The notes below the pieces were generated by a model. It worked only from the letters and a program-made list of their open reading frames with translations. It was not told where the DNA came from and did no database searches. A stretch of DNA of 28,292 nt. Origin: Clostridia bacterium (GTDB lineage: Bacteria > CBDUZB01 > JAGLHV01). Within the stretch, counting starts at the first letter, position 1, and every line of letters begins with the position of its first letter. Location: NCBI GenBank assembly GCA_030637025.1, contig DAOVVV010000031.1, forward strand, positions 1-28,292, written 5' to 3'. The position numbers and the translations under genes are program-made. Positions 1-9,904 of the stretch are shown here, in pieces.

Positions 1-113
1 AAATGGAAATAGAATTAATTACTCCGATAGCAATGGAGAAAGAATTAAGATTTGCTATACGAGAGGGTGGACATACCATAGGAGCCGGAGTAGTAAGTGA
101 GATTATAAAATAA
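1..113 (+). CDS. tuf: Elongation factor Tu, C-terminal fragment (5' part outside the window)
   Basis: Frame from nt 3 reads [36 protein letters not shown], the EF-Tu C-terminus. Not in the ORF track. Confidence 0.97.
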   Translation, partial: MEIELITPIAMEKELRFAIREGGHTIGAGVVSEIIK

Positions 114-132
114 ATTATTCAGGTGGGTAATA

Positions 133-699
133 ATGGCTAAAGAAAAAGCAAAAGAAAAGATTGAAAAAGAGGTCAAAGAGAAAGCAGAAGAAAAAGTTGA
201 GAAACAGGCCAAAGAAAAAACAAAAGAAAAGGTTGAGAAACAGGCCAAAGAAAAACCTAAAAGAAAAACCAGAGTGAAGGAAAAGGATAAAGTAAAAGAG
301 AAAGTTAAAAAAATCAAAGAAGTTAAAGAAGAAGTAAAAAAAGAAAACAAAGAAGTAGCCAAAGAAAAAACAAAAGAAAAGGTCATAGAAAAAACTACTG
401 AGAAAATAAGAATTTACTTAAAAGCTTATGACCATAAAATGTTAGACCAATCTTTGGCAGAAATTGTGGCTAATAGTAAGCGGACAGGAGCGAAGATTTC
501 CGGGCCTATACTGTTGCCTACAAAGATAAGAAGATATACGGTTTTACGGTCGCCGCATGTTGATAAAAAATCAAGAGAACAATTTGAGATGAGGATACAT
601 AAAAGACTGGTAGATATATTGGATCCTACACCTCAAACGGTTGATGCTTTAATGAAGTTGGATTTGCCGACAGGGGTGGATATTCAGATAAAACTATAA
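133..699 (+). CDS. rpsJ: 30S ribosomal protein S10 (NusE) with a long Lys/Glu-rich N-terminal extension
   Basis: Core [11 protein letters not shown]...[23 protein letters not shown]...[13 protein letters not shown]-like AGGTGG at 121-126 precedes ATG 133. Confidence 0.96.
   Translation: MAKEKAKEKIEKEVKEKAEEKVEKQAKEKTKEKVEKQAKEKPKRKTRVKEKDKVKEKVKKIKEVKEEVKKENKEVAKEKTKEKVIEKTTEKIRIYLKAYDHKMLDQSLAEIVANSKRTGAKISGPILLPTKIRRYTVLRSPHVDKKSREQFEMRIHKRLVDILDPTPQTVDALMKLDLPTGVDIQIKL
190..383 (+). repeat. Coding repeats in the rpsJ extension (36-bp tandem unit plus a dispersed 26-bp copy)
   Basis: GAAAA(A/G)GTTGAGAAACAGGCCAAAGAAAAA at 190 and 226. GCCAAAGAAAAAACAAAAGAAAAGGT is identical at 208-233 and 358-383. 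Confidence 0.9.
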
Positions 700-746
700 A
701 ATTAATTTTTAAAAAAAGCAATTATTTTTTGGGGAGTGGAGTGATT

Positions 747-1373
747 ATGATTGGGGAAATTATTGGTACAAAAATAGGTATGACTCAGATTTTTGATGGA
801 GAGGGAAAGGCGATAATAGTTACGGCTATTTTAGCCGGGCCCTGTTGGATAACGCAGATGAAAAGTATTAAGAAAGACGGGTATTCAGCAGTGCAATTGG
901 GGTTTGGAGAGAAGAAGGAAGCAAAAATTAATAAACCGCAAAGAGAACATTTTAAAAAGAATAATATAAAACCGCTTGGAACTCTTAAAGAATTTAGAGT
1001 AAAGGATATTAAAGATTATCAAATTGGACAGGAAATTAAAGTTGATTTGTTTAAAGAGGGAGATTTAGTTGATATTACGGGTATTTCTAAGGGGAAAGGT
1101 TTCCAGGGTGTAATAAAGAGACATGGTTTTAAAGGAGGCAGGGCTTCTCATGGTTCTACATTTCATCGCGCACCGGGGTCTATAGGAGCTAGCTCTTGTC
1201 CTTCACGGGTATTTAAAGGAACTAAAATGCCGGGAAGAATGGGGGGAGAACAAAGAACCATGAAAAAATTGAAAATAATAAAAATAGATGTAGAAAATAA
1301 TCTTATCATGGTTAAAGGAAGTATTCCCGGATCGCGAAAAAATATTGTAATAATAAAAAAAGTAAATAAATAA
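747..1373 (+). CDS. rplC: 50S ribosomal protein L3
   Basis: GTKIGMTQIFD, SKGKGFQGVIKRHGF, HRAPGSIG motifs. ATG 747 after GGAG preferred over TTG 729. Confidence 0.97.
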   Translation: MIGEIIGTKIGMTQIFDGEGKAIIVTAILAGPCWITQMKSIKKDGYSAVQLGFGEKKEAKINKPQREHFKKNNIKPLGTLKEFRVKDIKDYQIGQEIKVDLFKEGDLVDITGISKGKGFQGVIKRHGFKGGRASHGSTFHRAPGSIGASSCPSRVFKGTKMPGRMGGEQRTMKKLKIIKIDVENNLIMVKGSIPGSRKNIVIIKKVNK

Positions 1374-1398
1374 AGAGTATGGATTTTAGGAGATAGAA

Positions 1399-2022
1399 AT
1401 GGCTGAAATTGATTTGTATAATGTTAAAGGAAAAGTAATAGATAAAGTTTTGCTTCCGGATGAAATTTTTAAGGTGCAAGTAAAGGATGCTCTTTTAAAT
1501 GAAGTAGTAAAAATGCATTTGGCCAATTGTCGTATGGGGACTGCTTGCACGAAAACAAGAGCAGAAGTTTCCGGAGGGGGAAGCAAGCCGTGGAAACAAA
1601 AAGGAACCGGTAGAGCAAGAGCGGGAACTAACAGGTCTCCTCTCTGGCGTCATGGGGGAGTAACTTTTGGTCCACATCCCCGTAGTTTTAAATATTCTCT
1701 ACCCAAAAAAAAGAAAAGGTTAGCTTTAAAAGGAGCTCTTTCTAATAAATTAAAAGCGGGAGAAGTTTTAGTATTAGATTCGCTGGAGCTTAAAGAACCT
1801 AAAACGAAGATGATGAGTAAGATTTTAAGCGGGATAAAAACGAAAAAAAGCACTTTAATAGTAATAGCAAAGGTAGATAAAATGCTTTTACGGGCAGCAA
1901 GAAATATTCAGGGGGTAAAGATAATAGTAGGAAAAGATTTAAATGTTTACGATGTTTTAAAATACAGAAAAATGGTTATTACTAAAGAAGCTGTTTCGAT
2001 GGTGAAGGAGGTATTAGTTTAA
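1399..2022 (+). CDS. rplD: 50S ribosomal protein L4
   Basis: TKTRAEVSGGGSKPWKQKGTGRARAG motif. Confidence 0.98.
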   Translation: MAEIDLYNVKGKVIDKVLLPDEIFKVQVKDALLNEVVKMHLANCRMGTACTKTRAEVSGGGSKPWKQKGTGRARAGTNRSPLWRHGGVTFGPHPRSFKYSLPKKKKRLALKGALSNKLKAGEVLVLDSLELKEPKTKMMSKILSGIKTKKSTLIVIAKVDKMLLRAARNIQGVKIIVGKDLNVYDVLKYRKMVITKEAVSMVKEVLV

Positions 2023-2315
2023 TGTTACTGGATGTTTATCAGATAATTAAAAGGCCTCATATTACGGAAAAAAGTAATATTTTAAAAAACCGGGATAATA
2101 AGTATGTTTTTGTTGTTGATAAAAGAGCTAATAAATCTGAAATCAAAAAGGCGGTAGAAGAATTGTTTAAAGTGGATGTAACAAAAGTGAATACACTGAT
2201 TATGCATGGTAAAAAAAGAAGAATGGGAAAAAATGAAGGGCAACGTTCTGATTGGAAAAAAGCAATAGTAACTTTAAAAAAAGGTGAAATCATTAAAGAA
2301 TTAGAACAAGCTTAA
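2022..2315 (+). CDS. rplW: 50S ribosomal protein L23
   Basis: RPHITEKS...[16 protein letters not shown]...WKKAIVTL. Confidence 0.97.
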   Translation: MLLDVYQIIKRPHITEKSNILKNRDNKYVFVVDKRANKSEIKKAVEELFKVDVTKVNTLIMHGKKRRMGKNEGQRSDWKKAIVTLKKGEIIKELEQA

Positions 2316-2334
2316 AAATAGAAAGAAGGGTAAA

Positions 2335-3174
2335 ATGGGAATAAAAAAAGATAAACCGACAAGTCCGGCCCGGAGATTTTCCAGCAGGACAGTAAATACT
2401 GAATTGACGAATAAAAAAAGAGAAAAATCTTTGGTTGTTTCTTTGAAAAAAACAGGTGGAAGAAATAATCAGGGTAGAATTACTGTGAGACATCGCGGAG
2501 GCGGTAGTAAGCGGTTATATCGGATAATTGATTTTAAAAGAAATAAATGGGGAGTGTTTGCCCAGGTAAAAGCAATTGAATATGATCCGAATCGATCTTG
2601 TAGAATTGCTCTTCTAATGTACAGTGACGGAGAAAAGAGATATATTCTTCATCCTGTTGGATTATCCGTAGGCGATACTGTTAGTAGTGGTTCAGGAGTA
2701 GAAATAAAAGTTGGAAATGCCTTGTCGCTTAAAGAAATACCGATAGGAACTGTTATTCATAATATAGAAATGAAGCAGGGAAGAGGGGGGCAGTTAGTAA
2801 GGGGTGCCGGTACAGAGGCTCAAATAGTAAGCAAAGAAGAAAAATATGCCCAAATAAAAATGCCTTCAGGAGAAATAAGACGGATATTTATAAATTGTAT
2901 GGCAACAATCGGGCGGGTAGGTAATATTGATAAAGAAAAAATTTCTTTTGGCGGAGCCGGTAGGAAAAGACGTTTAGGAATACGTCCTACGGTAAGAGGG
3001 ACAGCTATGAATACTTGTGACCATCCGCACGGAGGAGGAAGAGGAAAAAGTAAAGGGAGGAAACATCCGGTTTCTCCATGGGGACAACCGACTAAAGGGT
3101 ATAAAACCCGAAGTAAGAAAAAATATAGCGATAAAATGATTATTAGAAGAAAAAAGAGTAGAAAAGGAAGATAG
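2335..3174 (+). CDS. rplB: 50S ribosomal protein L2
   Basis: [37 protein letters not shown] motifs. Confidence 0.98.
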   Translation: MGIKKDKPTSPARRFSSRTVNTELTNKKREKSLVVSLKKTGGRNNQGRITVRHRGGGSKRLYRIIDFKRNKWGVFAQVKAIEYDPNRSCRIALLMYSDGEKRYILHPVGLSVGDTVSSGSGVEIKVGNALSLKEIPIGTVIHNIEMKQGRGGQLVRGAGTEAQIVSKEEKYAQIKMPSGEIRRIFINCMATIGRVGNIDKEKISFGGAGRKRRLGIRPTVRGTAMNTCDHPHGGGRGKSKGRKHPVSPWGQPTKGYKTRSKKKYSDKMIIRRKKSRKGR

Positions 3175-3206
3175 TTTTTATTTGGATGTTTTAAAGGAGG
3201 AAGATA

Positions 3207-3494
3207 ATGGGACGTTCAACAGCAAAAGGGCCTTATATAGATGAAAAGTTATTAAAGAAAATTACAAAAATGAATATGGCTGGAGAAAAGAAAGTAATAA
3301 AAACATGGGCGAGAAGTTCGGTTATTTCACCTGATTTTGTGGGTCATACGATAGCTATTCATAATGGTAAAAAATTTATTCCGATTTATATGACTGAAAA
3401 TATGGTAGGCCATAAATTAGGTGAATTTTCTCCTACCAGGTTTTTTAAAGGGCATGGATCGTCGCATACTAAAGAAGTAAGTTCTTTAACATAA
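3207..3494 (+). CDS. rpsS: 30S ribosomal protein S19
   Basis: KTWARSS...HNGKKFIP...[13 protein letters not shown]. Confidence 0.98.
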   Translation: MGRSTAKGPYIDEKLLKKITKMNMAGEKKVIKTWARSSVISPDFVGHTIAIHNGKKFIPIYMTENMVGHKLGEFSPTRFFKGHGSSHTKEVSSLT

Positions 3495-3498
3495 AGAC

Positions 3499-3553
3499 GC
3501 TTGTCCGCCAGTCTTTAATGTGGATCCGCTCCGCTTTAAGCGGATAAGGCGGA
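3499..3553. repeat. GC-rich nested palindromic (REP-like) element between rpsS and rplV
   Basis: Outer arms TCCGCC (3504-3509) and GGCGGA (3548-3553). Inner hairpin TCCGC-TTTAA-GCGGA (3530-3544). TAA at 3516-3518 and 3545-3547. Related inverted copy at 24195-24220. Confidence 0.7.
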
Positions 3554-3618
3554 GGTTAAAATTTGTTTTATTGGATTGGTTGTGAGAAAATAGTTTTTTA
3601 AGAGGAGGGTGTATAAAA

Positions 3619-3942
3619 GTGAGAGGAAAAGCAGTTGCTCGTTTTACTCGTGTAGGGAACCGGAAGGTAAATCAAATATTAGATATAATTCGTGGTAAAA
3701 ATGTTACGCAAGCTTATAAGATACTTAAGTTTACCAAAAAAATGGCTATGCCTATGGTCGTAAAAACCTTAAAATCAGCAGTGGCTAATATTGGTAAAAT
3801 GGTAGATGAAAATAAAATATATATAAAAGAAACTTATGCCGGGCAGGGTCCTGTTTTAAAAAGAATGCGTCCTATGGCTATGGGGCGAGGGGCAATATAT
3901 CGCAGGAAAACCAGTCATGTAACAATAATTGTCGGAGATTAA
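3619..3942 (+). CDS. rplV: 50S ribosomal protein L22
   Basis: IRGKNV...KTLKSAVAN...GPVLKR...KTSHVTIIV. GTG start after GAGGAGG. Confidence 0.97.
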   Translation: MRGKAVARFTRVGNRKVNQILDIIRGKNVTQAYKILKFTKKMAMPMVVKTLKSAVANIGKMVDENKIYIKETYAGQGPVLKRMRPMAMGRGAIYRRKTSHVTIIVGD

Positions 3943-3986
3943 GAAAATATTAAAAAAAGGATTAAAGAGCAGAGGAGGAAAATAGA

Positions 3987-4733
3987 GTGGGGCAAAAGAT
4001 ACACCCTAGAGGATTTCGATTAGGCTATATTGAAGATTGGACTGCAAAGTGGTTTGGAGGGAAGAGGTTTCCTCTTTTATTAGTAGAAGACTTGAAAATA
4101 CGCAAGATTATAGAACAAAAAACAAGAAACGGAGAAGTTTCTAAGGTAAAGATAGAACGGGCAGGAGATTATGTGCGGATGAATATTTTTACGGCTCGCC
4201 CCGGGATTATAATTGGTAAAAAAGGGCAGGATGTAGAAAATTTAAGGAAAGAGATAGAGAAGTTAATTCATAAAAAGACGTTTATCAATATTATTGAAAT
4301 AAAAGCGCCGGAGCTGGAAGCTAAATTAGTAGCAGGAAGTGTTGCTTTTCAATTAGAAAGGAAGATTTCTTATAGAAGAGCGATAAAGCGTGCTATAGAG
4401 AGAACAATGAAAAGGGGTGCTCTGGGGATTAAAATATGTGTTTCCGGTAGATTATCAGGAGCAGAAATAGCGCGGACTGAATGGCTTAAAGAAGGGCGAA
4501 TACCTTTACAAACGTTAAGGGCTGAAATTGATTATGGTTTTAAAGAAGCTTTTACTACTTATGGCCGGATTGGTGTAAAGGTCTGGATATTTAAAAAAGA
4601 AATATTTCTAAAAGAAAAGAAAAAACTATTACCGGTTATTAATCAGGATAAGAGTATTGAGAATAATAATAAAGAAAAAACAACAGCAGGTTTAAGTGAA
4701 GGAGAAAAAAATGTTGATTCCGAAAAGGGTTAA
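3987..4733 (+). CDS. rpsC: 30S ribosomal protein S3
   Basis: [51 protein letters not shown]. Confidence 0.98.
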   Translation: MGQKIHPRGFRLGYIEDWTAKWFGGKRFPLLLVEDLKIRKIIEQKTRNGEVSKVKIERAGDYVRMNIFTARPGIIIGKKGQDVENLRKEIEKLIHKKTFINIIEIKAPELEAKLVAGSVAFQLERKISYRRAIKRAIERTMKRGALGIKICVSGRLSGAEIARTEWLKEGRIPLQTLRAEIDYGFKEAFTTYGRIGVKVWIFKKEIFLKEKKKLLPVINQDKSIENNNKEKTTAGLSEGEKNVDSEKG

Positions 4734-5124
4734 ATATCGTAAATCGCATCGAGGTAATATGAAAGGGAGAGCAAAAGGAGGAACGAATGTTTCCTTTGGC
4801 GAATATGGTTTGCAAGCACTGGAACCGGCGTGGATTACAGGACGCCAAATTGAATCTGCGCGTGTGGCCTTGACTCGTTCTATTAAAAAAGGGGGTAAAG
4901 TCTGGATTAGGATTTTTCCGGATAAACCTGTTTCTAAAAAACCAGCTGAAACTCGAATGGGAAAGGGAAAAGGGATGCCGGAATTTTGGGTAGCAGTAGT
5001 GAAACCGGGAAGAGTGCTTTTTGAATTGGAAGGATTGGACCAAATAGATGCGAAAAAGGCAATAAAGCGTGCTTCTTATAAATTACCGATTAAGACCAAA
5101 TTTTTGATGCGTAAAGAAATTTAG
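4711..5124 (+). CDS. rplP: 50S ribosomal protein L16
   Basis: [11 protein letters not shown]...IRIFPDKP...RMGKGKG. ATG 4711 after AAGGAG. Confidence 0.98.
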   Translation: MLIPKRVKYRKSHRGNMKGRAKGGTNVSFGEYGLQALEPAWITGRQIESARVALTRSIKKGGKVWIRIFPDKPVSKKPAETRMGKGKGMPEFWVAVVKPGRVLFELEGLDQIDAKKAIKRASYKLPIKTKFLMRKEI

Positions 5125-5183
5125 TTTATGTTTTAATAAATATAGAAATTTATTATATGTTAATAAAATTGTAGGAGATAAAG

Positions 5184-5393
5184 ATGGAAGCAAAAAAAGT
5201 AAGAGAACTTTCAATTACGGAATTAGAAGAAAAAATAAGGTCGGTTAAAGAACAATTATTTAAGTTGAAATTCGAAAAAGCAATGGTTTCTCCTAAAAAT
5301 CCTTTGATAATTAGAAGTTTGAGGAGAGATGTTGCCCGGATGAAAACTATTTTGTCAGAACAAAAAGGCAAAGAAAAAGCTGAAAAACAATAA
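5184..5393 (+). CDS. rpmC: 50S ribosomal protein L29
   Basis: ELSITEL...LFKLKF...IRSLRRDVARMKT, at the canonical position. Confidence 0.96.
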   Translation: MEAKKVRELSITELEEKIRSVKEQLFKLKFEKAMVSPKNPLIIRSLRRDVARMKTILSEQKGKEKAEKQ

Positions 5394-5460
5394 TAACTGA
5401 AAAAAACTAAAATTTAAATGGAAAGATTTTAATTGGTGTTAAAAAGAGAGAGGAAAAATA

Positions 5461-5742
5461 ATGGAAAATAAGAAAAAGAAAATTAGAGTGGGCGAAGTTG
5501 TTTCTGAAAAGATGGATAAAACACGAGTAGTAGAAGTTTCTCGGAAAGTTAGGCATCCTTTATATAGTAAGGTAATGAAAAGAACAACTTCTTTTATGGT
5601 TCATGATGAAGAGAATGAATCACATTTGGGTGATAGGGTAAGAATTATAGAAACCAGGCCGTTAAGTAAAAATAAAAGATGGTATATATCAAAAATAATA
5701 GAAAAAAACAAAAGAGATTTAACAGGAAAGAAGAGGAATTAA
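5461..5742 (+). CDS. rpsQ: 30S ribosomal protein S17
   Basis: GEVVSEKMDKT...HPLYSK...GDRVRIIETRPLSKNKRW. Confidence 0.98.
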   Translation: MENKKKKIRVGEVVSEKMDKTRVVEVSRKVRHPLYSKVMKRTTSFMVHDEENESHLGDRVRIIETRPLSKNKRWYISKIIEKNKRDLTGKKRN

Positions 5743-5745
5743 ACG

Positions 5746-6114
5746 ATGATTCAAACACAGACGAGGTTAAAAGTGGCTGATAATTCAGGGGCTAAAGAAA
5801 TAATGTGCATAAAAACTTTAGGTGGAACAAAAAGGAGATATTCCCGGGTGGGGGACATTATTGTTGGTGCGGTAAAAAGTGCTATTCCGGGTGCAGCGAT
5901 AAAAAAAGGAGATGTGGTTCGGGCTGTAATAGTAAGAACGGTTAAAGAATATAGAAGATTAGATGGTTCTTATATTAAGTTTGACCAGAACGGTGCAGTA
6001 ATTGTTGATGATAAAAATGAACCTAAAGGGACACGTATTTTTGGTCCTGTAGCCAGGGAATTACGGGATAGAAAATTTATGAAAATAATTTCTCTTGCTC
6101 CGGAAGTTGTTTAA
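5746..6114 (+). CDS. rplN: 50S ribosomal protein L14
   Basis: [17 protein letters not shown]...[13 protein letters not shown]...SLAPEVV. Confidence 0.99.
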   Translation: MIQTQTRLKVADNSGAKEIMCIKTLGGTKRRYSRVGDIIVGAVKSAIPGAAIKKGDVVRAVIVRTVKEYRRLDGSYIKFDQNGAVIVDDKNEPKGTRIFGPVARELRDRKFMKIISLAPEVV

Positions 6115-6182
6115 TTTAAAAAAAGAATAATATAAAAATAAAGATATAAATATTCGGATTGTTCTTAATGAAGGAGAATGAA

Positions 6183-6494
6183 ATGTTACATATTAAGAAA
6201 AAAGATAAAGTAAAACTTTTAGCAGGGAAAGATAAAGGTAAAACAGGAGAGGTGCTTAAGGTTTTTCCTGTTAAAAAAAGGATAATTATAAGTAAGATAA
6301 ATTTTATAAAAAGGCATACACGTTCTACTCAAACACAACCGGGTGGAATTAGAGAAAAAGAAGCGTCTATACATATTTCTAATGTGATGTTGGTATGCAA
6401 CAAATGTAATAAGCCTACAAGGGTAAGTGTTGATTATTTATCCGACGGTAAAAAAATAAGAATTTGTAAAAAATGTGGCGAGATTATTATATAA
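6183..6494 (+). CDS. rplX: 50S ribosomal protein L24
   Basis: KOW motif KKKDKVKLLAGKDKGKTG, EASIHISNV. ATG 6183 after AAGGAG. Confidence 0.97.
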   Translation: MLHIKKKDKVKLLAGKDKGKTGEVLKVFPVKKRIIISKINFIKRHTRSTQTQPGGIREKEASIHISNVMLVCNKCNKPTRVSVDYLSDGKKIRICKKCGEIII

Positions 6495-6544
6495 ATATTT
6501 ATTTTACAAGAGAAAATAATCATTAAATTTTAAAGGAGAAGGCA

Positions 6545-7087
6545 ATGGCAAGGCTTTTAGAGGTGTATAAAAAAGAGATTGTTCCCAAATTGATGAAGCA
6601 GTTTAAATATAAAAATGTAATGGAAGTGCCTTATATTCAAAAGATAGTTGTAAATATGGGTTTATCGGAAGCTAAAGATGATATAAAAATTATTGATCGG
6701 GCACGGGGGGAATTAGCGGCGATAACCGGACAAAATCCTTTAATTACCAAAGCTAAGAAATCTATTTCTAATTTTAAATTAAGGGAAGGAGTTCCTATTG
6801 GAGCAAAAGTTACTTTACGCAGCAGGAGAATGTATGAGTTTTTGGATCGTCTGATAAATGCAGCACTTCCTCGAATTCGGGATTTTAAAGGGATATCGCG
6901 TAAGGCTTTTGATAAAGAGGGGAATTATAATTTAGGCATTCGGGAACAGTCAATTTTTCCCGAAATAAAAGCGGATAAAGTGGAAAAAACAAGGGGTTTA
7001 AATATTACAATTGTGATTGGTTCTAAATCAATAGAAGAATCAAGAGAATTGTTAAATTTATTTGGAATGCCTTTTCGGAAGAAATAA
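6545..7087 (+). CDS. rplE: 50S ribosomal protein L5
   Basis: KIVVNMG...ITGQNP...FKLREG...LPRIRDFKG. Confidence 0.98.
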   Translation: MARLLEVYKKEIVPKLMKQFKYKNVMEVPYIQKIVVNMGLSEAKDDIKIIDRARGELAAITGQNPLITKAKKSISNFKLREGVPIGAKVTLRSRRMYEFLDRLINAALPRIRDFKGISRKAFDKEGNYNLGIREQSIFPEIKADKVEKTRGLNITIVIGSKSIEESRELLNLFGMPFRKK

Positions 7088-7100
7088 AGGGAGAGATTTT

Positions 7101-7286
7101 ATGGCTAAGACATGTTTGATTTATAAACAAAAATGTGAACCGAAGTATAAAGTGCGCAAATATAATCGGTGTGGTGTATGTGGAAGGCCCAGAGCATATA
7201 TGAGAGATTTTGGTATATGCAGGATATGCTTTAGAGCATTGGCTCATGAGGGAGAAATTCCCGGTGTAACTAAAGCCAGTTGGTAA
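7101..7286 (+). CDS. rpsN: 30S ribosomal protein S14, short Zn-binding (type Z) form
   Basis: 61 aa, [10 protein letters not shown]...GICRICFR...[12 protein letters not shown] 7101 after AAGGGAG. Confidence 0.97.
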   Translation: MAKTCLIYKQKCEPKYKVRKYNRCGVCGRPRAYMRDFGICRICFRALAHEGEIPGVTKASW

Positions 7287-7319
7287 ATTAAGTAAATAAA
7301 AAAGATGAGGTGAAAAAAA

Positions 7320-7718
7320 ATGGCGATGACAGACCCAATTGCAGATATGTTGACCAGGATTAGAAATGCTAATAAAGAATTTCACGAAAAAGTGGATATT
7401 CCGGCTTCGAAAGTTAAAAGAGGAATAACAGAGATTTTAAAGGAAGAAGGGTATATTGCTAATTATAAACATATTTCTGACCGAAAACAGGGAATTTTAC
7501 GTGTTTATTTAAAATATACTCTTAACAAATCGCGGGTAATAAAAAAAATAAAGCGTATTAGCCGGCCGGGATTAAGAATTTATAAAAGATTTGATCAACT
7601 TCCTAAAGTTCTGGGAGGGTTAGGAACGGCAATAATTTCTACTTCAAAGGGATTAATGACTGATGAAAAAGCTCGTCAAGCTCAAATAGGCGGAGAAGTA
7701 ATTTGTTATATTTGGTAA
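7320..7718 (+). CDS. rpsH: 30S ribosomal protein S8
   Basis: [15 protein letters not shown]...ISRPGLRIY...IISTSKG...GGEVICYIW. Confidence 0.99.
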   Translation: MAMTDPIADMLTRIRNANKEFHEKVDIPASKVKRGITEILKEEGYIANYKHISDRKQGILRVYLKYTLNKSRVIKKIKRISRPGLRIYKRFDQLPKVLGGLGTAIISTSKGLMTDEKARQAQIGGEVICYIW

Positions 7719-7786
7719 TGAAAAACCTTAAGTTAAAAGTATAAAATTAATTTAGAAATTTTTTTGTGAGTAAACAGGAGAAACAA

Positions 7787-8350
7787 ATGAGTAGAATAGG
7801 AAAGAAGCCGGTAATTGTTCCTTCCGGTGTTAAAATAGAAATGAAAGGGAATGTAATTACAGTTACAGGTCCTAAAGGAAAATTGGATCAAAAAATACAT
7901 CCGGTAATGAAAGTAACCTTGAAGGAAAAAGAATTATTGGTAGATCGTTTATCAGATGCTAAGTTGTATCGGGCTATTCATGGTACTACGCGGGCGTTAA
8001 TTGCTAATATGGTTAAGGGTGTTACTGATGGGTTTGAGAAGATTTTGCAGATACGGGGAGTAGGATATCGAGCCTCTATTTCGGGGAAAAAATTAATTTT
8101 ATTATTAGGATTTTCTCATCCGGTAGAATTTTCTTTTCCTGAAGGGATAAATGTCACGGTACTTCCCAAACAGAATCAAATAGTTGTTAGTGGTATCGAT
8201 AAACAGGTCGTCGGTGAAATTTCCAGTAATATTCGTGCTTTTAAAAAACCGGAGCCCTATAAAGGTAAAGGGATAAGATATTTGAATGAAAGGGTGAGAA
8301 AGAAAGCAGGTAAAGCTGCAGGTGTAGGTGGTTCAGGCGGTAAAAAATAA
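7787..8350 (+). CDS. rplF: 50S ribosomal protein L6
   Basis: MSRIGKKP...GVGYRA...LGFSHP...PEPYKGKGIRY. ATG 7787 after AGGAG. Confidence 0.98.
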   Translation: MSRIGKKPVIVPSGVKIEMKGNVITVTGPKGKLDQKIHPVMKVTLKEKELLVDRLSDAKLYRAIHGTTRALIANMVKGVTDGFEKILQIRGVGYRASISGKKLILLLGFSHPVEFSFPEGINVTVLPKQNQIVVSGIDKQVVGEISSNIRAFKKPEPYKGKGIRYLNERVRKKAGKAAGVGGSGGKK

Positions 8351-8386
8351 AAAGACATTTTGAAAAAGCAGTAAAGCGAGGTAAAA

Positions 8387-8749
8387 ATGGAAAAAAGACG
8401 TTTTGAAATGAGAAAAAAAAGGCATTTTCGAGTTCGTAAAAATATTTTCGGAGTAGAATCATGCCCAAGATTATGTGTATATAAGAGTTCAAAGCATACG
8501 TATGTGCAAATTATCGATGATGAAAAAGGGAATACTCTGGTGGCTTGTTCTACATTATCATCGGAAATAAAGGAAAAAATATCATATTCCGGTAATATTG
8601 CCGCAGCGGAAAAAGTAGGTAATTTAATTGCTGAGAAAGCAAAAAAACTGGGAATAAAAAAGATAGTTTTTGATCGGGGCGGTTATCTTTATCACGGAAA
8701 AGTAAAGGCGTTGGCAGAAGCTGCAAGGAAATCAGGTCTTAATTTTTAA
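8387..8749 (+). CDS. rplR: 50S ribosomal protein L18
   Basis: PRLCVYKS...[21 protein letters not shown]. Confidence 0.98.
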   Translation: MEKRRFEMRKKRHFRVRKNIFGVESCPRLCVYKSSKHTYVQIIDDEKGNTLVACSTLSSEIKEKISYSGNIAAAEKVGNLIAEKAKKLGIKKIVFDRGGYLYHGKVKALAEAARKSGLNF

Positions 8750-8835
8750 TAAAGGATTTATTCTGAAGAGTTAGTTGTAATGAGATAGATTTAGATTTAA
8801 AATTCGGAAAATATTGTTTAAGGAAGGAGAAGTAA

Positions 8836-9357
8836 GTGATGACAAGTTTTCAGGGACAAACAAGGAGTAAGGGTGTGAATGCAACAGAAAAGAGTGATTT
8901 AAAAGAAACGGTAGTGACTATAAACAGGGTCGCAAAAGTAGTAAAGGGGGGAAAACGATTTAGTTTTAATGCTTTAGTTGTTGTAGGGGATGAAATTAAT
9001 CGTGTAGGAGTAGGAATTGGTAAGGCAAAAGTAGTTCAGGGAGCTATTCAAAAGGCAGTAACAAAAGCAAAAAAGAACTTAGTAGAAATTAATTTACGTA
9101 ATACGACTATCCCTCATGAAATAATAGGTAAATTTGGGGCAGGCAGAGTTTTATTAAAACCAGCTGCACCGGGAACAGGAGTAATTGCAGGTGGCCCGGT
9201 AAGAGCGGTTTTGGAAGCTTGCGGAATAAAGGATATTTTAACCAAATCTTTACGTACAAATAATCCTATTAATGTTGTTTATGCTACAATGGAGGGGTTG
9301 GAAAACTTACGTACAAAGAAACAAGTGATGGAACTTAGAAAAAAAATTATCAGATAG
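8836..9357 (+). CDS. rpsE: 30S ribosomal protein S5
   Basis: [24 protein letters not shown]...[12 protein letters not shown]. Start is GTG 8836 or ATG 8839. Confidence 0.98.
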   Translation: MMTSFQGQTRSKGVNATEKSDLKETVVTINRVAKVVKGGKRFSFNALVVVGDEINRVGVGIGKAKVVQGAIQKAVTKAKKNLVEINLRNTTIPHEIIGKFGAGRVLLKPAAPGTGVIAGGPVRAVLEACGIKDILTKSLRTNNPINVVYATMEGLENLRTKKQVMELRKKIIR

Positions 9358-9404
9358 AGAAAAGTATTTTTAATATCTACAATTTTTATGGAGAAAAAAA
9401 AGAA

Positions 9405-9848
9405 ATGAATTTAAACGAACTTAAACCGGCAAAAGGTAGCACAAAAAATAAAATGAGGGTAGGACGAGGACCTGGTTCAGGAAAAGGTTTGCATTGTGGA
9501 CGGGGAAATAAAGGGCAGAATTCCCGCGCAGGCGGAGGGGTTAGAATAGGTTTTGAAGGTGGGCAAATGCCTTTAACCAGAAGACTGCCGAAAAGAGGTT
9601 TCAAAAACGCACCTTTTAAAAAACAGTATACTATAATAAATGTTTCTGAATTAGATAGGAGATTTAAAGCAGGGACAGAAGTTACTATTCAGGTTTTAAA
9701 ACAGATGAAGTTGACTAAGAAAAAGTTTATGGTAAAGATTTTAGGGGGGGGAGAAATAAATAAAACCCTGCAAGTAAAGGTAAATTCTTTTAGTGAAAGT
9801 GCACGTAAAAAAATAGAAGCTGCTGGAGGAAAAATCCAGGTTGTTTGA
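9405..9848 (+). CDS. rplO: 50S ribosomal protein L15
   Basis: [11 protein letters not shown]...[18 protein letters not shown]...KIEAAGG. Confidence 0.98.
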   Translation: MNLNELKPAKGSTKNKMRVGRGPGSGKGLHCGRGNKGQNSRAGGGVRIGFEGGQMPLTRRLPKRGFKNAPFKKQYTIINVSELDRRFKAGTEVTIQVLKQMKLTKKKFMVKILGGGEINKTLQVKVNSFSESARKKIEAAGGKIQVV

Positions 9849-9904
9849 TTTTTTATCATAATTGTAAAGTAGTAAATAAATTTTAACTAAAGCGAGGAAG
9901 TTTT

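Noticed and set aside
45-386. Phe/Ser/Leu-rich 113-aa minus-strand ORF that looks like a membrane protein
   Set aside because: It is the antisense shadow of the A-rich rpsJ repeat and the tuf end.
4610-4733. S3 C-terminal tail overlapping rplP by 23 nt
   Set aside because: Variable S3 tails and rpsC/rplP overlaps are common.
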